Position numbers and translations under genes: made by a program
Shown: positions 14,809-27,126 of the stretch, one piece after another
Layout of the letters: each line of letters opens with the position of its first letter
How positions within the stretch are numbered: the stretch's first letter is position 1
The notes under the pieces: model-generated
What the model saw: only the letters and a program-made list of their open reading frames with translations
What the model was told of the DNA's origin: nothing
Database searches by the model: none
NCBI RefSeq assembly: GCF_009914755.1
Contig: NC_060925.1
Direction: 5' to 3' (one strand)
Source of the DNA: the human T2T-CHM13v2.0 reference genome, Homo sapiens
DNA: 64,000 nt

Positions 14809-15683
14809 ACTTAGATCTCAGATGCAATCTGCAACTTCTTTTCCCTCTTTACCCCATGCCTCTCTTGTGGCTCAAGCATCTACAGTGAGGGAGGGGGCAA
14901 ATGTGGCTTCTCATTCTTGGCCACCTCTCCACTTTGTCTTCTGGATATCCTGGGGTCCAAGTCGGGGGAAGGGGTTTAAAGATGAAGAAGGGAAGATTTG
15001 CATGTCACTGGTGCCAAGTAATCCTCTCTTGGCTACCCCTGGCTGTCTGTGTTGTTCACCCCACAGCTGTTACTCCTGAAGTATTTTGCCCCAACAGGCT
15101 TCCTTCTTGTATGGTGACTCAAGCCCAGAAACTTCCCACAGGACCCACTTGGCCACAGGAAACTCAATCATCCCTGCCAGACCAAAACCTGGTAGCAGAG
15201 ATGGCTGTCTACTGCCACCATCTCTCCTCACTCTACCATTGTGCATGGCCACAGCTGGTCTTCAGGCCCAGTTCTAGGAGAGAAGAGGCAACAGTCATGA
15301 GTTTCACATACAATCTCTAAGAATCCTTCCAAGACCCTTTCAGCCCTTCTCCCTCCTTCAACTCCACACCCTGTAAGCATCCAGTGGGGAAGTGAGAGGC
15401 CTTTCTCTCACTTTTCACAGGCACCCTCAACTTGTATGTGTATTTCTCATGAATCCTCATCACTTGATTTGGGGAAGGACAACCCTAAAAAGGTAAATGA
15501 AGAAGAGATACCACTACTAGTCTAAAACCTTTCAGTGTAACTCTTCAGTCACGCATTCAATCTCTGGACTTGTTTTATATTCACTGCTGGGCATTGATGT
15601 GGGTTGATGGTTGCTGAACAGGTTCTGCTTTCTTTGAGTATGTTCAGCAGAATCTTTTAATTTCTCTCTTCACAATGAGGAGA

Positions 15684-16305
15684 TGTTACCGGAAAGGAGT
15701 CCAGATCCAGACCCCAAGAGAGGGTTCTTGGATTTCGTGCAAGAAAGAATTAGAGGTGAATCCATAAAGTGAGAGCAAGTTTATTAAGAAAGTAAAGCCA
15801 TAAAATAATGGCTACTCCATAGGCAGAGCCAGCCCAGAGGGCTGATGGTTGGCTATTTTTATGGTTATTTCTTGATTATATGATAAACAAGGGGTGGATT
15901 ATTCATGAGTTTTCTGGGAAAGGGGTGGGCAATTCCCAGAACTGAGGGTTCCTCCTCTTTTTGACCATATAGGGTAACTTACAGACCTTGCCATGGCATT
16001 TGTAAACTGTCGTGGCACTGTTGGGAGTGTCTTTTAGCATGCTAATGCATTATAATTAGCATATAATGAGCAGTGAGGATGAACAGAGGTCACTTTTGTC
16101 CCCATCTTGGTTTTGGTGGGTTTTGGCTAGCTTCTTTATCACAACCTGTTTTATCACCCAGGTCTTATCACCTGTATCTTGTGCTGATCTCTTATCTCAT
16201 CCTGTGACTCAGAATGCCTAACTTCCTGGGAAAGCAGCCCAGTAGATCTCAGTCTCATTTTACCCTATTTAAGATGGAGTCACTTTGGTTCAAATGCCTC
16301 TGACA
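15684..16305 (-). mobile_element. MER41B solo LTR (ERV1)
   Basis: Termini tgttaccggaaagg...gatccagaccccaagagagggttcttgg and gatggagtcactttggttcaaatgcctctgaca; flanks gaga / gata. Confidence 0.92.
15912..15941. promoter_or_regulatory. Tandem GAS (STAT) motifs in MER41B
   Basis: TTCTGGGAA 15912-15920 and TTCCCAGAA 15933-15941; activity not shown. Confidence 0.6.
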
Positions 16306-16544
16306 GATATACTTCTTACCCATTGTTCTCAGCTTGGGGCTTTAACCAACATTCTGGGACATTGGGAAAAAATCTCACTCAATATTTTGTTACTTAAGAA
16401 AAATCATTTTCGTTAGCTTGAAATTTATTCAAGAAGATGAGAGAACAGAATTTCAAAACCCCCTAAAGATGTGAGTGAAGGCATAAAATCATAGACATTT
16501 TACAGCTTAAAGGATCTCAGAAATCACCATCTTCTCTTGTCTTT

Positions 16545-16708
16545 TCTTAAACTTTTATTTTACGTTTAGGGGTACATGTGAAAATTTGTTACATAGGTAA
16601 ACACGTGTCATGGGGGTTTGTTGTACATATTATTTCATCACCCAGGTATTAAGCTCAGTACCCAATAGTTATCTTTTCTGCTCCTTTCCCTTTTCCCACC
16701 ACCCTCCT
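16545..16708 (-). mobile_element. Short L1PA 3'-end fragment within a MIR remnant
   Basis: ggggtacatgtg...ttacataggtaaac...catcacccaggtattaagc...gtacccaatagttat. Confidence 0.85.
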
Positions 16709-17207
16709 ACCTTTTCATTATCTATGAAAAAATCATGTTCCAAAAAGAATAATTGACTTGCCCAAGGCCATGGCTATAGGGCTAGTTATGAGCAGTGCTG
16801 GGTCTGCCTATAGATTCCTCACTTCATGCATCCACAGGGTAGAAGAAAGTACTTTTTTCCTTCATTGTGATGCTTCCCTGTTATTATCATCCTTATTTTT
16901 ATTATTGACACATACTGAAAAAAATTTATGACTGACAGTGTTTTGAGATATTAAAATTATAGTTAAACACATTCATCTGGAACACCATCAAAAGCTGAAA
17001 CAGGAATTTTTACATATTCTTTATTTTGCTTTTATGAGGAAGAGGTAAATGACATGTAAACAAGTTGCTATTAGAAACTTACCCAAAAAAGAAGCTTTTA
17101 AGATATGTCATTTCTTGATGAATCTGGTCAATACAGTTTCTCCCTATTTGAAAACTGAAATAATAAACCTCTATATTTCCATAATTCTTTGCCACTTAGA
17201 GCTCTTC

Positions 17208-17428
17208 TTTTCCTTTCTTTTTTTTTTTTTTCTGAGATAGGGTCTCACTCTGTCATCTAGGCTGGAGTGCAGTGGCATTATCACAGTTCACTACAGTCTT
17301 GAACTCCTGGGTTCAAGCAATCCTTCCACCTCAGCCTCTCAAGTAGCTGGGACTACAGGTGCATGCCACCATGCCCAGCTGAGTTTTAAATTTTTTGTAG
17401 ATGTGGGGTCTCGCCATGTTGCCCAGGC
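17208..17428 (-). mobile_element. 5'-truncated AluJ-like
   Basis: T tail, right arm, linker, partial left arm. Confidence 0.9.
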
Positions 17429-17524
17429 AGAACTTTTCAAAACATCACCTGAAACTCTGCATTGAGAAATTAGGTTATAATGATTACCCTGAATCACTGC
17501 AAATGACTTTTGTTTTTGTTTTTG

Positions 17525-17972
17525 CTTTAATAGGAGAAAAGGCATACAAACTTATTTAACATGCACACAAAGGAACCTTCAGAATAAAGACCCAAGCCAA
17601 CAATAAGGTACAGAATCTTATATTCCATCCTGAGGTTATAGAAAAAAATGTGAGCTCAGAGTGTAGCCCAAAACTGGTTATGTTGGTAAATCAGGTTTAG
17701 TGGCAAGACAGATTATGAGAGGGAGAAAGGAAGACGCCGATCTAGCAAAGGTAGCCTTGTTATATGGATGAAGCCTCATAGAGAGCAGTGCTCCGAGAGA
17801 GTAGACAGTAAATATCTTTTCAGACCTTTAAAGGTGTCAGTCTCAGTTAATCTCTCTTAGATCCAGGAATTGCCTAGAAAGGGAAGGCCTCACTGCATTA
17901 ATGAGGATTCTCTACAGCTACAAATTTCTCTCACCTCAGTCTGCTGGCCATGCAGCAGCCATTTCAAAATGA
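17525..17972 (-). mobile_element. ERV1 LTR, MER34/MER39-like
   Basis: gcattaatgaggattctctacag...cctcagtctgctggcc...gcagcagccatttcaaaat; subfamily uncertain. Confidence 0.6.
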
Positions 17973-18199
17973 CATTTGAATAGTCCAAAGATGGAATTTT
18001 GTTCTGTATAATTTAGTGTTAAGTGTTTAGAAATAGTCCTCTCACTTGTGATATTGGCAGATGGAAATTGTCAGCTAACTAGTATATTCCAATAACTGAA
18101 GTACTTCACTTTCCCAGCCATTTTGGATGTTGGATTGCCATTCCAATGTGCTTCCAATGGGCAGTTGCTGTTGGCTAAAACAAAGTTCGTAAATCCTTT

Positions 18200-18730
18200 T
18201 GTATTAGTCAGAGTTCTCCAGAAAAAGAAACCCAATAGGAGATATAGATACAGATAGATATATAAATATATAGATATAGATAAAAATATTGGTGATAAAA
18301 TACGGGCTCACATGTTTATGGAGGCTGAGAAGTCCCACAATCTGTCATTGGCAAGGTTCAGGCCCAGGAAAGCTGGTGATGTAGTTTGAAGACCTGAAAG
18401 CCAGAGAGCCAGTGGCTGTAGATTCCAGTTCAGGTCTAGCAGCCTGAGAACCAGGAGTCCTAAAGGCAGGAGAAGATGGATGTCCCAGCTCAAGCAATCA
18501 GGCAGACAGCAAGTTCATCCTTCCTTCATCCCTTTGTTCTGTTCAGACTCTCAACAGATTGAATGATGCTTTTCCACACGGGGGAGAGACAACTGTTTTA
18601 CTCAGTCCACCAATTCAAATTCTAATCTCTTCTGGAAGCATCCTCACACACATACCCAGAAGTCATGTTTAAATAGCTATCTGGGCATCCTGTGATCCAG
18701 TCAAGTTGATACATAAAACTAACTGTCACA
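18200..18730 (-). mobile_element. MLT2 (ERVL) solo LTR
   Basis: tgtattagtcagagttctccag...ccagtcaagttgatacataaaactaactgtcaca. Confidence 0.9.
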
Positions 18731-19694
18731 ATTTTTTTTCTATAGTATGTATCAAAAAACCTTAAATTATATTCTAGAAATTTATCCTAGAAAAATACTA
18801 AACAAGTATGAAAAGCTGCTTTACAGTGATATTCAATGTGGCATTTCTTATAATTTTCAACATTAAGGAATAACCTCCCTGTCTAATAAAAGGGGAATGG
18901 ACCCAAAGATATTATATAGTGACAAAATGGAATTCTATACAGTCAATAAAATGGTGATATAGAAGACAATTTAGTGACATCCGAATGTGTTAATGCCATT
19001 TTCTTTAGTGAAAGAGTAAGGTGTCAGAGTGTGTAGTAAAATCACGCTTTTGTTTTAAAAAGTTATGTATCTTTAAGTTTGTGTGTACAAGAAAGAATAT
19101 TGCTGAGATATGGATATTTTTGGCTTGCTGCCCCTAAGAATCTATTTGTATGAGTTGTTAAGACTGATATTCATGAGATCTTTATGTTTTTTGGCTCAAG
19201 AAAGAGAAAGACATATTGGGGATGAAGATAGCCAAAGTGATGGAGGGAAAAGGCGGTGGGAATGATTTCAATGGCATGGACTCTGTTTCAAAACCCAGCC
19301 AGAGTCAGGTTTTGAGTCTCAAGTGAGAGAGAAGTTAGGGAGAAAAGCTGAAGAACTATGTTGGTAAAAGTCTGCTAGCCTCTAACTATGCCACTTCAGA
19401 ATCTAAGGAACAAGAAGGGCCTTAGATTTAAGAGAGGGTCACTGGTCAGCCTCTCTCCACCCTCCCACTCATTTCTGGCTGGCACCAGCACAGGGTACCT
19501 GTGCCCACCAAAAGAGCCATCTCATGGAGAATAGCAGCAGCATGGATGGCAAGCAGGCTGGAGCAGGAAAGAGTTGTGTTCCCAAGCATATGTGAGACTC
19601 CAGGATCCTGCAAGACATGCCCCGAGGGACAGCTGAAATCCACAGGGAGCAAGTGGGGACTGGGATCTGTCACAATGTGTATAGTAATCTAATG

Positions 19695-19912
19695 TAGGTT
19701 TTTCAACCTTGGCACTTGTTGACATTTTTGAGTGGCCAATTCTTTATCATTGAGGGCTATCCCGTGCATTGTAGGAAGATTAGTAGCATTCCTGGCTTCT
19801 ACCCACTAGATGACAGTAGTCCCAACTCATTTAGTTGTGACAACCGAAAAATGTCTCCAGATATTGTCAAATGTTCCCTGGGGTCAAAATCTCCCTAGGC
19901 AGAGAAGCACTG
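19695..19912. mobile_element. MER20 hAT-Charlie DNA transposon
   Basis: ctctacccactagatg-type core and gtgacaaccgaaaatgtctccag; 8-bp TSD atctaatg / atataatg. Confidence 0.9.
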
Positions 19913-19964
19913 ATATAATGGAATCACAACTACAATGACAGGTTAGTGAAAATTGGTGCATGAT

Positions 19965-20190
19965 AACGGCTAACATTTAATGAGTCTTTGTAGTGTTCTG
20001 AGCTTTATGGTTTTAACTCATTTAATGCTTACAATAACTTCATGAGGTGGGTTCTATACTTATCTTCATTTTAAAGATGCGGAAATGAAAGCACAGAGAA
20101 GTTAAGTAACTCACCCAAGCTTACACAGCTGATAGGTGGCAGAGCAAGAATATGACCCCATGCAATCTGGCTATGGAGACTTTGCACTTA
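19965..20190 (-). mobile_element. MIR SINE
   Basis: gcacagagaagttaagtaactcacccaagcttacacagct. Confidence 0.88.
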
Positions 20191-22239
20191 AGAAATGCAA
20201 TAATATATTAACAATTATGGACCTTCTATGTGATTGCCATTGTTCTTTGTAGGTTTTTATTTTTGTATTTTTCTAATTTTTTTCCAATAAAAGAAGTAAC
20301 CTTAATAATAAAAAAAACATTATTTAGCAAGTAATTTACTAAGAGCCAGTGTTGCAGGACACCTGTATGAGCCCGCTTGCATGGTGAGTATATCCCAGCA
20401 AGGAGTCCCATTGGGTGTCCTTGTGCACAATCCCAAGAAAAGACCAAGATGGCCAACATAATTTTACACTTGGACTGAAAAACAACAGTATAAAAGACAG
20501 ACTTGGCAGGGTGTGTATTTTCTATGGTTTGCTGAGTTCAATCTTCATATCGTCTCTCCTAACTATGCAGTGAATGAATTCGTAGTCGTCCATGCTCCAT
20601 GGCTCACCACCCGCAGGCACTCACCTGAAAGCAGGCAGAGGACAGCCTCTCACCTTCAGCAGCAATGGGCTCCTCTCTGCGTGGTTGCTGATGCTGTTCC
20701 TGGGTGGAGGGGCTGGTAGTGTGTGGGTGAATAGGCATGGAGGCTGAGGCTCTGGGAAACAAAGGGCTGAGCCCATAGGCTTGGACTGAATCTTGCCCAT
20801 TTGTCAAGCGCTGGCTATGGGAGGCACTCGGGGTGATGATTCCTGCCAAGGCTGGGGCTGGCAGCTGAGCGCTTCGCAGAGCCTGCCTGTCAGTCACTGC
20901 TTACGCTCATCCCTTAATGGCTCTTCCCTTGTCATTTGCCTGGTGTCGCTTTTATCTTAAGTGAATTTAACAATGGTGAAAGGTGCCAGTCTGAGATCCC
21001 CAGAGAGGAGCTTTGCCGGAAGAGCAGTTAGAATGAAAGTTGCCTCCATCAAATTGCCTCCGCTGCCCCATCTCAGGAATAAGTAACCCCACGGCTGCAG
21101 GGGTACCCCGGAGGCCTGGCCAAGCCAGCCGAGCTCTTCCCACAGCTCAGCAGGCAGCCTTAAGGGAAGCCAGCTGCATGCAGGTCTGCAAAACTGGAGA
21201 CATCTTGCAATTGCTTTTTTCTTAATTTCCACACCCAGAAGTATTTCAGGAGGAATTTAATCTCTATGTTTCTGGTTCATTTACAATAAACTTGTCACAG
21301 GATTCTTTCCAAAGAGCCATTTGGTGCCCAAGAGGACTTGTGAGCTTTTTAAACATATATCCATCTTAAAAAAAAAATCTTGAACTAACCAGGTTCAAAG
21401 CAATGTCTGAGCCACACATGAATAAGAGATGGTTTTAAATTTCAAATCCCGTTAAATTCCTAAGAGTGGTTTTGTGAGGCAGCCCATCTCACAAATCAAT
21501 CAATGGCAGGTGAAAGCAAGTATCAGTTTACTGTCCCTGGGTTGGGAGTTGAAGTTAGGGTGTGAGATGGGTGAGCAGGAGAAGTAAGAATAGAGGAAGC
21601 AAGAAAATAGACTAGCCGAAGGCATAGTAACTCCAGTTACTACTTCCTACCTCTTACTATATACTAGGTACTATGCTAAGTTCTTACAACACTGTAGCAA
21701 TTTTCAGATTACCAAGAAACTTTCCCTGTTTTATACATGAATAAACTTAAGTTTAGAAGTTAAGTAAGTTACTCAGTTCACGCAGCTAGTAACTGATGTA
21801 TCCAGACTGAATTCAGCTCCTTCTGAATGCAAATCAGCAACATTGAAATGAGTGGGGAAAATGGAGGAAAGAAGAAGAAGCTCAGCCAGTTCTGGGTTCC
21901 ACCCTTTGCCACCGCCCATCAGGGTTCTATAATGCCAGAGCCTCTTTTTCTGTTTCCATCCTCATCACCTCAGAAAGCATGGTGGGATGGAGGGCAAGTC
22001 TGGCTGATTCCAAGACATCTCATTGTGCAGACTACAGTTGCTCCATTTGAAGAGCTTGCTTTCATTGCAATTGCTGGACATCACCTCCTATTCACCTAGC
22101 AAATTAAGCTTGAGGTACAGCTAGGAAGAACTGAGCTCTGGCTTCTTGACCTTTGAGTGAAACCTGACTTTACTTCTGAAGGAAACTGGAGGCAAATGAT
22201 TTCCTAGGCACTGAGGTCAGTTATTTCTGTGGACCTTGT

Positions 22240-22603
<364 letters not shown>

Positions 22604-22627
22604 TGAAGATTTAAAAAAGAAACAGGG

Positions 22628-22657
22628 GTGTGTGTGTGTGTCTGTGTGTGTGTGTGT
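22628..22657. repeat. (TG)n microsatellite
   Basis: Direct reading. Confidence 0.9.
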
Positions 22658-24039
22658 AAGATATCTGTGAGAACAGAGGACAGTTTTCTGCTCTACCAAG
22701 ACCTGAGTTTGCTTATCACAGTTGCACAACAGTTTATTTGAGGCCTTACTTCCCTTGCTATGTAGTTCATGAAGTGCTGAGGACCTCTGATGGTAGGACT
22801 GTTGTATTTGACATTATGTATGCCACACGGAGAAACAAACTATCAGATGCATTTATTTTGATTGTCTTTTTATCTGGCACCACTGCCTTCTGTGCAGTTT
22901 ATAAACATGAGCATAGATCTCTCCAAGCATGAAGGCCACTTGCAGGCTGCCCAGTGCTTATTTCTCATCTATTTAAATATGGATGGACACTGTGCTCATC
23001 CTTTTCTTTAATTAAGGGCTTTCCATTGAATCAGTAAGTGTAAAACTCCCAAAAGAGAGGATGAAAAGCGCTCATATGAAAGCAACCCACTGAATAGGAT
23101 ATGAGAGGACCTTGGCCACAAGGCCTGCCACTGTAGAAGGAAGTAGCTCATAGGTCCAGGCCTGAGCAAAGAGAAGCTTGAGGTGATGAGAAAATGTGAA
23201 ATGAAGCCCAAGACAGGGGCTTTCCCTGGGTCTCCAAGGTTTATAAATACTTCTGGATGCAAAGGCATGGAAGATGACATACCTCTATCCACGCTCAGGA
23301 GATGATGTTGGTAACAGATGTAAAAAGGATTGGAGAACTATAAGGAGAGGGGAAAATGCCAATTTCAAGAGGCAGCAGCTCCTTGAAACACCTGGGATAG
23401 CCGAGTCCAGACTTGATTGGTCTCCCTCTACTGTCAGCTCCTCTGGCAACCATGGTCGACCCCATAAAAGGCAGTACTTCACCACAATCAGGTTAGTATT
23501 GACTTTTCCGGCTTCATGTAACCCTGTGTTTCCACATATCATTCCCTTCTCGAAACCTCCAAAGGTTTCCCCTTACCTGCACAATGAGCTCCAAACTCAT
23601 TTCCTCAGCCTCAAAACTCTTTGCCACTTTTACTTTCAATATTTCCTCAACAATGTGCACAATGAATGCTTTACCCTATTAAACCTGATCCATTTGTCAC
23701 TTAGGAGACCCTCTGTCCCAGTTTTCCCAGAACACGGGATTGTTGATGCTAGAACCAGGAAGTCCAAGGCAAACTGGGATGAGGAGGTTGCCTATCTAAG
23801 CCACCCCTGGATGAACACATTTGAATTGCTCTGCTTCCATACCTCTCATGCTTCTCCCCAGCTTAGAATGCCACCTGGTATTTTCTCTACCTGTTAGAAT
23901 TTATTCATCTGCTAAGGTCCACATCAAATTCTATCTCCGGGGGGAAGCTTTTGCAGATCCCCCACCGTGACAATCCATTTCTCTTTCCTTGGAGATCCCA
24001 GTAGCTCTGGTTGTCTGGGGGACTGTAAGAGGAAGGAAT

Positions 24040-24285
24040 TGAGTAGAGTGGTTGGGAACATGAATTTAGGAGGTAGACAGATGTGAGTCTGAAATGTGAT
24101 TGTGATCATTGCTGATTGAATGCAAGTCATTTAGCCTCTCTGTGCCTGGACTTTCTCGTGGTTAATTGTGGTGGGACATGTAACTATAATACCTAGCTTT
24201 TTGGGAGGTTGTGAAGATGAAATGAAATCATATATATAGCACCTGCCTCATGTGGCATATTGATATATACAATGTTACTGTTCTT
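24040..24285 (+). mobile_element. MIR SINE
   Basis: gcaagtcatttagcctctctgtgcct...ggttgtgaagatgaaatga. Confidence 0.75.
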
Positions 24286-24291
24286 TGGTTC

Positions 24292-25215
24292 CTTTATTCA
24301 GTGAATATTTGTTGAGTGCCTTATATATGCTGGGCCCTGTTCCATGAAACTGAATCAAACAGATTAAAAAAAAATGCCCTCAAGGAGCTTAGATACTAGT
24401 GGGGAGTGGGGGAGACATAAATGTAAACTATAAACTGTGGCAGATGGTGATAAATGCTAGAAAAATAAAGCAGCAAAAGGGAGATAGTGAAGGTTTTATA
24501 TAAGGTAGAGAGAGAGAGAGCCTTAAGCAAAGACCTAACAAACGTGAGGGGTTGAGCCATGTGGATATCTTGAGCAAATAGGCTTCCAGGTAGAAGGGAC
24601 AACAAGCACAAGGTACTGAGAAAGACTGTGCTGGAGATTTTGGGATAATATGACTGGAGCAGAAGGAAAAAGAAATGTGGTAGGGAATGAAATCAGAGGT
24701 AGTAGGAAGGGCAGTCCATGGAGGACTGTGGAGGTAACCAAAGTACTGTGGCTTATTCCTTGCACAAGAAAGCATGACCCTGAAAGTGTTTTGGACAGAG
24801 AAATCCCATTTTCCGACTCCTCATTTTAAGAGTCGTTCTTACACTGGGTTGAGGATAGACTATAATTGCGGGCAAAGGCAGAAACAGGAAGACCTGTCAG
24901 GAGACTGTTGTTGTAAAACTGGGTGAGAGAGGAAGATGACTTAGGCAAGGGTGCAAGAAGTGAAGGTTATGCGAGTGGTTAGATTTTGGCTCTTTTGGGG
25001 GGTAAATCTTGGCTTTTTTTGGAGGTAGATTCAACAGGACTTACTAACAGAGAGTAGCCTGACTCCACTCAGGAATGACTCAAAGGCTTCTCTAAAGAAG
25101 GATAGCATCACTTGTCAACTGAGATGAAGACTGGGGATGTGCAGGCCGGAAAAGAGTTTAGCTTTGGAGATGTTACGTGCGTGATTTCTTTTAAACATCC
25201 ATATGGAGTTGTTGA
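24292..25215 (-). mobile_element. L2 LINE 3' region
   Basis: tattcagtgaatatttgttgagtgcc...gccctcaaggagcttag; gagccatgtggatatct. Confidence 0.85.
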
Positions 25216-27029
25216 ACCATGTTAACCAGGCAAATCTTCCTTTAAAAAAATAAATCTCAGGCTTATTTAGTAGTTCAAGAGGAGGGTAGAGATTAGTGGG
25301 GGATAACTAAAGCCCTTCCCTGAGACCTCCCCTAGGTACTACTACCACTACTCAACCAGAAGCTCAGATTCACCATCTTATCCTTTTTTTCTGAATCTCC
25401 CTCAGTTCTTAGAACAGGACTGGGCCCAATAAATTTCTGATTTGTATTGTCTAGTGACAACAGAACTGTAGAGCAGGAACTTTGGGTTTCAGGAGCTCTT
25501 TTAAAACAGAACCTTTGTGCTTCTAAGGCCTTTTCATAAAAGAACCCTGCCCTCCACGTGGAAGCTTTCTGAAGGCACCCAGCATATTCCATAGTCCTGC
25601 GTGAACCTTAGTGAACACTCAGGTAGGCAATGCTTGGTGGCAGACAACTTCACTCTTCCAGGTTCCCCAGAAACAAGAGAATAAAAGGCAGAAGATGAAT
25701 GGCCTTTGCCTCTGAAACAGCTGCTACTGCTCCCACAACTGCATGGCCAGTTGATTTAGAGATTTGTGAAGAGAGCCTCTGAGCCCCTCACTTCTGCCAA
25801 GTGAATTGCCAGGAGCATCCCATGGCAGGAGTTATCGTTCTACTCCAGGTGCTGCAGGACAAATGCCCTGGAGTTGGAAGATGAAATACCCTTGCTCCTA
25901 GAGGAAGCTGCAGGCACGACCTGGGCACACATGTGAAGATGAAGGTTATCCTGCCCTGAATAGCCAGCAACTTGGAGCTAAGTCAATAACACTCATCAAA
26001 GACTAATTCCAGAGGGAGGCACCTAGGACTTGCTGTTGCTGAAAGACTGATAATATTGCTAACTCTCCCTCATTTATGTCAATGAGGTGGAGGTGGGCAC
26101 CATGGAATAGTTGCTCCAAACAATACATAATCCAGAAACTAAAGCCATTTCCCTTAATTGTGAATGATATACTGATCTTTTTGCCTTGTTCAGGCCACAC
26201 TTTGCAGATATTCCAGGTACCAACTGATATGCCATAGTCCCATTCCCCTCCCACTCCTCCACTTCCAAAATAATTGTTCTAGAAAAATATTTCTAGGATC
26301 AAACAAATTTGGCAAATTCTGGGTTAACAAACTGCAATAGGTTTCTTTGTGCAGGATTTCTCAAAGCTTTAACGCGCAAATACACACTGAAATTTTCCAA
26401 AGGGAAAGAACATGTGCAGTAATATTTGAGCAGAAGGACCTGTTTACCAGAAGTTCCTATTAAGGCAAGTGTTCCCCTAATCACACTTTGGGAAATGCTT
26501 CCTTAGGCTAACATGAAAATGGTTTTCATTCTCTGAGACTAAATGATGCTTGGGGAAAGGGCCCAGGAGCAGGCTGAGGACTGGATTTTTTCAAGTGCCA
26601 GGAGATTTAAAAAGAAAGGAAAAGGCAGAGAGAACTAATCAGTCCAGGAGCATGAGGGGGCCGTCGATTCTCCTGCCTGGCCTTTACTGACTCACTAGCT
26701 TCTGGCTGAGGGATCTGGCTCTATGAGAAGGGCTTTGCCTTCAGAAGTTACAAACAGGCATTTGCTTTAAGACCTGGCTGGCATTATGCAGTGTTAAAGG
26801 AAGGAAAAACTGAATGAACACCAAAAAATTTCACCCAAGGCTACTTTTAAGGGGGAGGGCCTATCAAAATTTACATACTCAAAAGGCTTCTCTTAACACA
26901 ACCCTCAGACCACAATCCTTGCTGCAAAATTTTGGCCAATATTTTCATGTAATGAGAAAATCAGAGAAGTTAATAGGAAGTATAGGGGGTTTCAATCTAA
27001 CCTACTCTATCCGTCATTTCCTCTGCAAT

Positions 27030-27126
27030 ATATGGAAAAGCCATCCTGTTGCTATTTGAACACCTCCACTGGTTGGGGGTCTCACCACCTCCTAAAGCAG
27101 CTTGGTCCATTGTCAGACAGCTCTAA
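27030..27126 (-). mobile_element. L3/CR1 fragment
   Basis: tttgaacacctccactgg...ctcaccacctcctaaagcagc...ccattgtcagacagctctaa. Confidence 0.5.

Noticed and set aside
23274-23897. 207-aa ORF
   Set aside because: No recognisable domain; the distal half overlaps L2-like sequence; no exon structure.
26270-26500. Possible hAT-Charlie fossil (cacactttgggaaatgct end)
   Set aside because: Too diverged to assign a family by eye.
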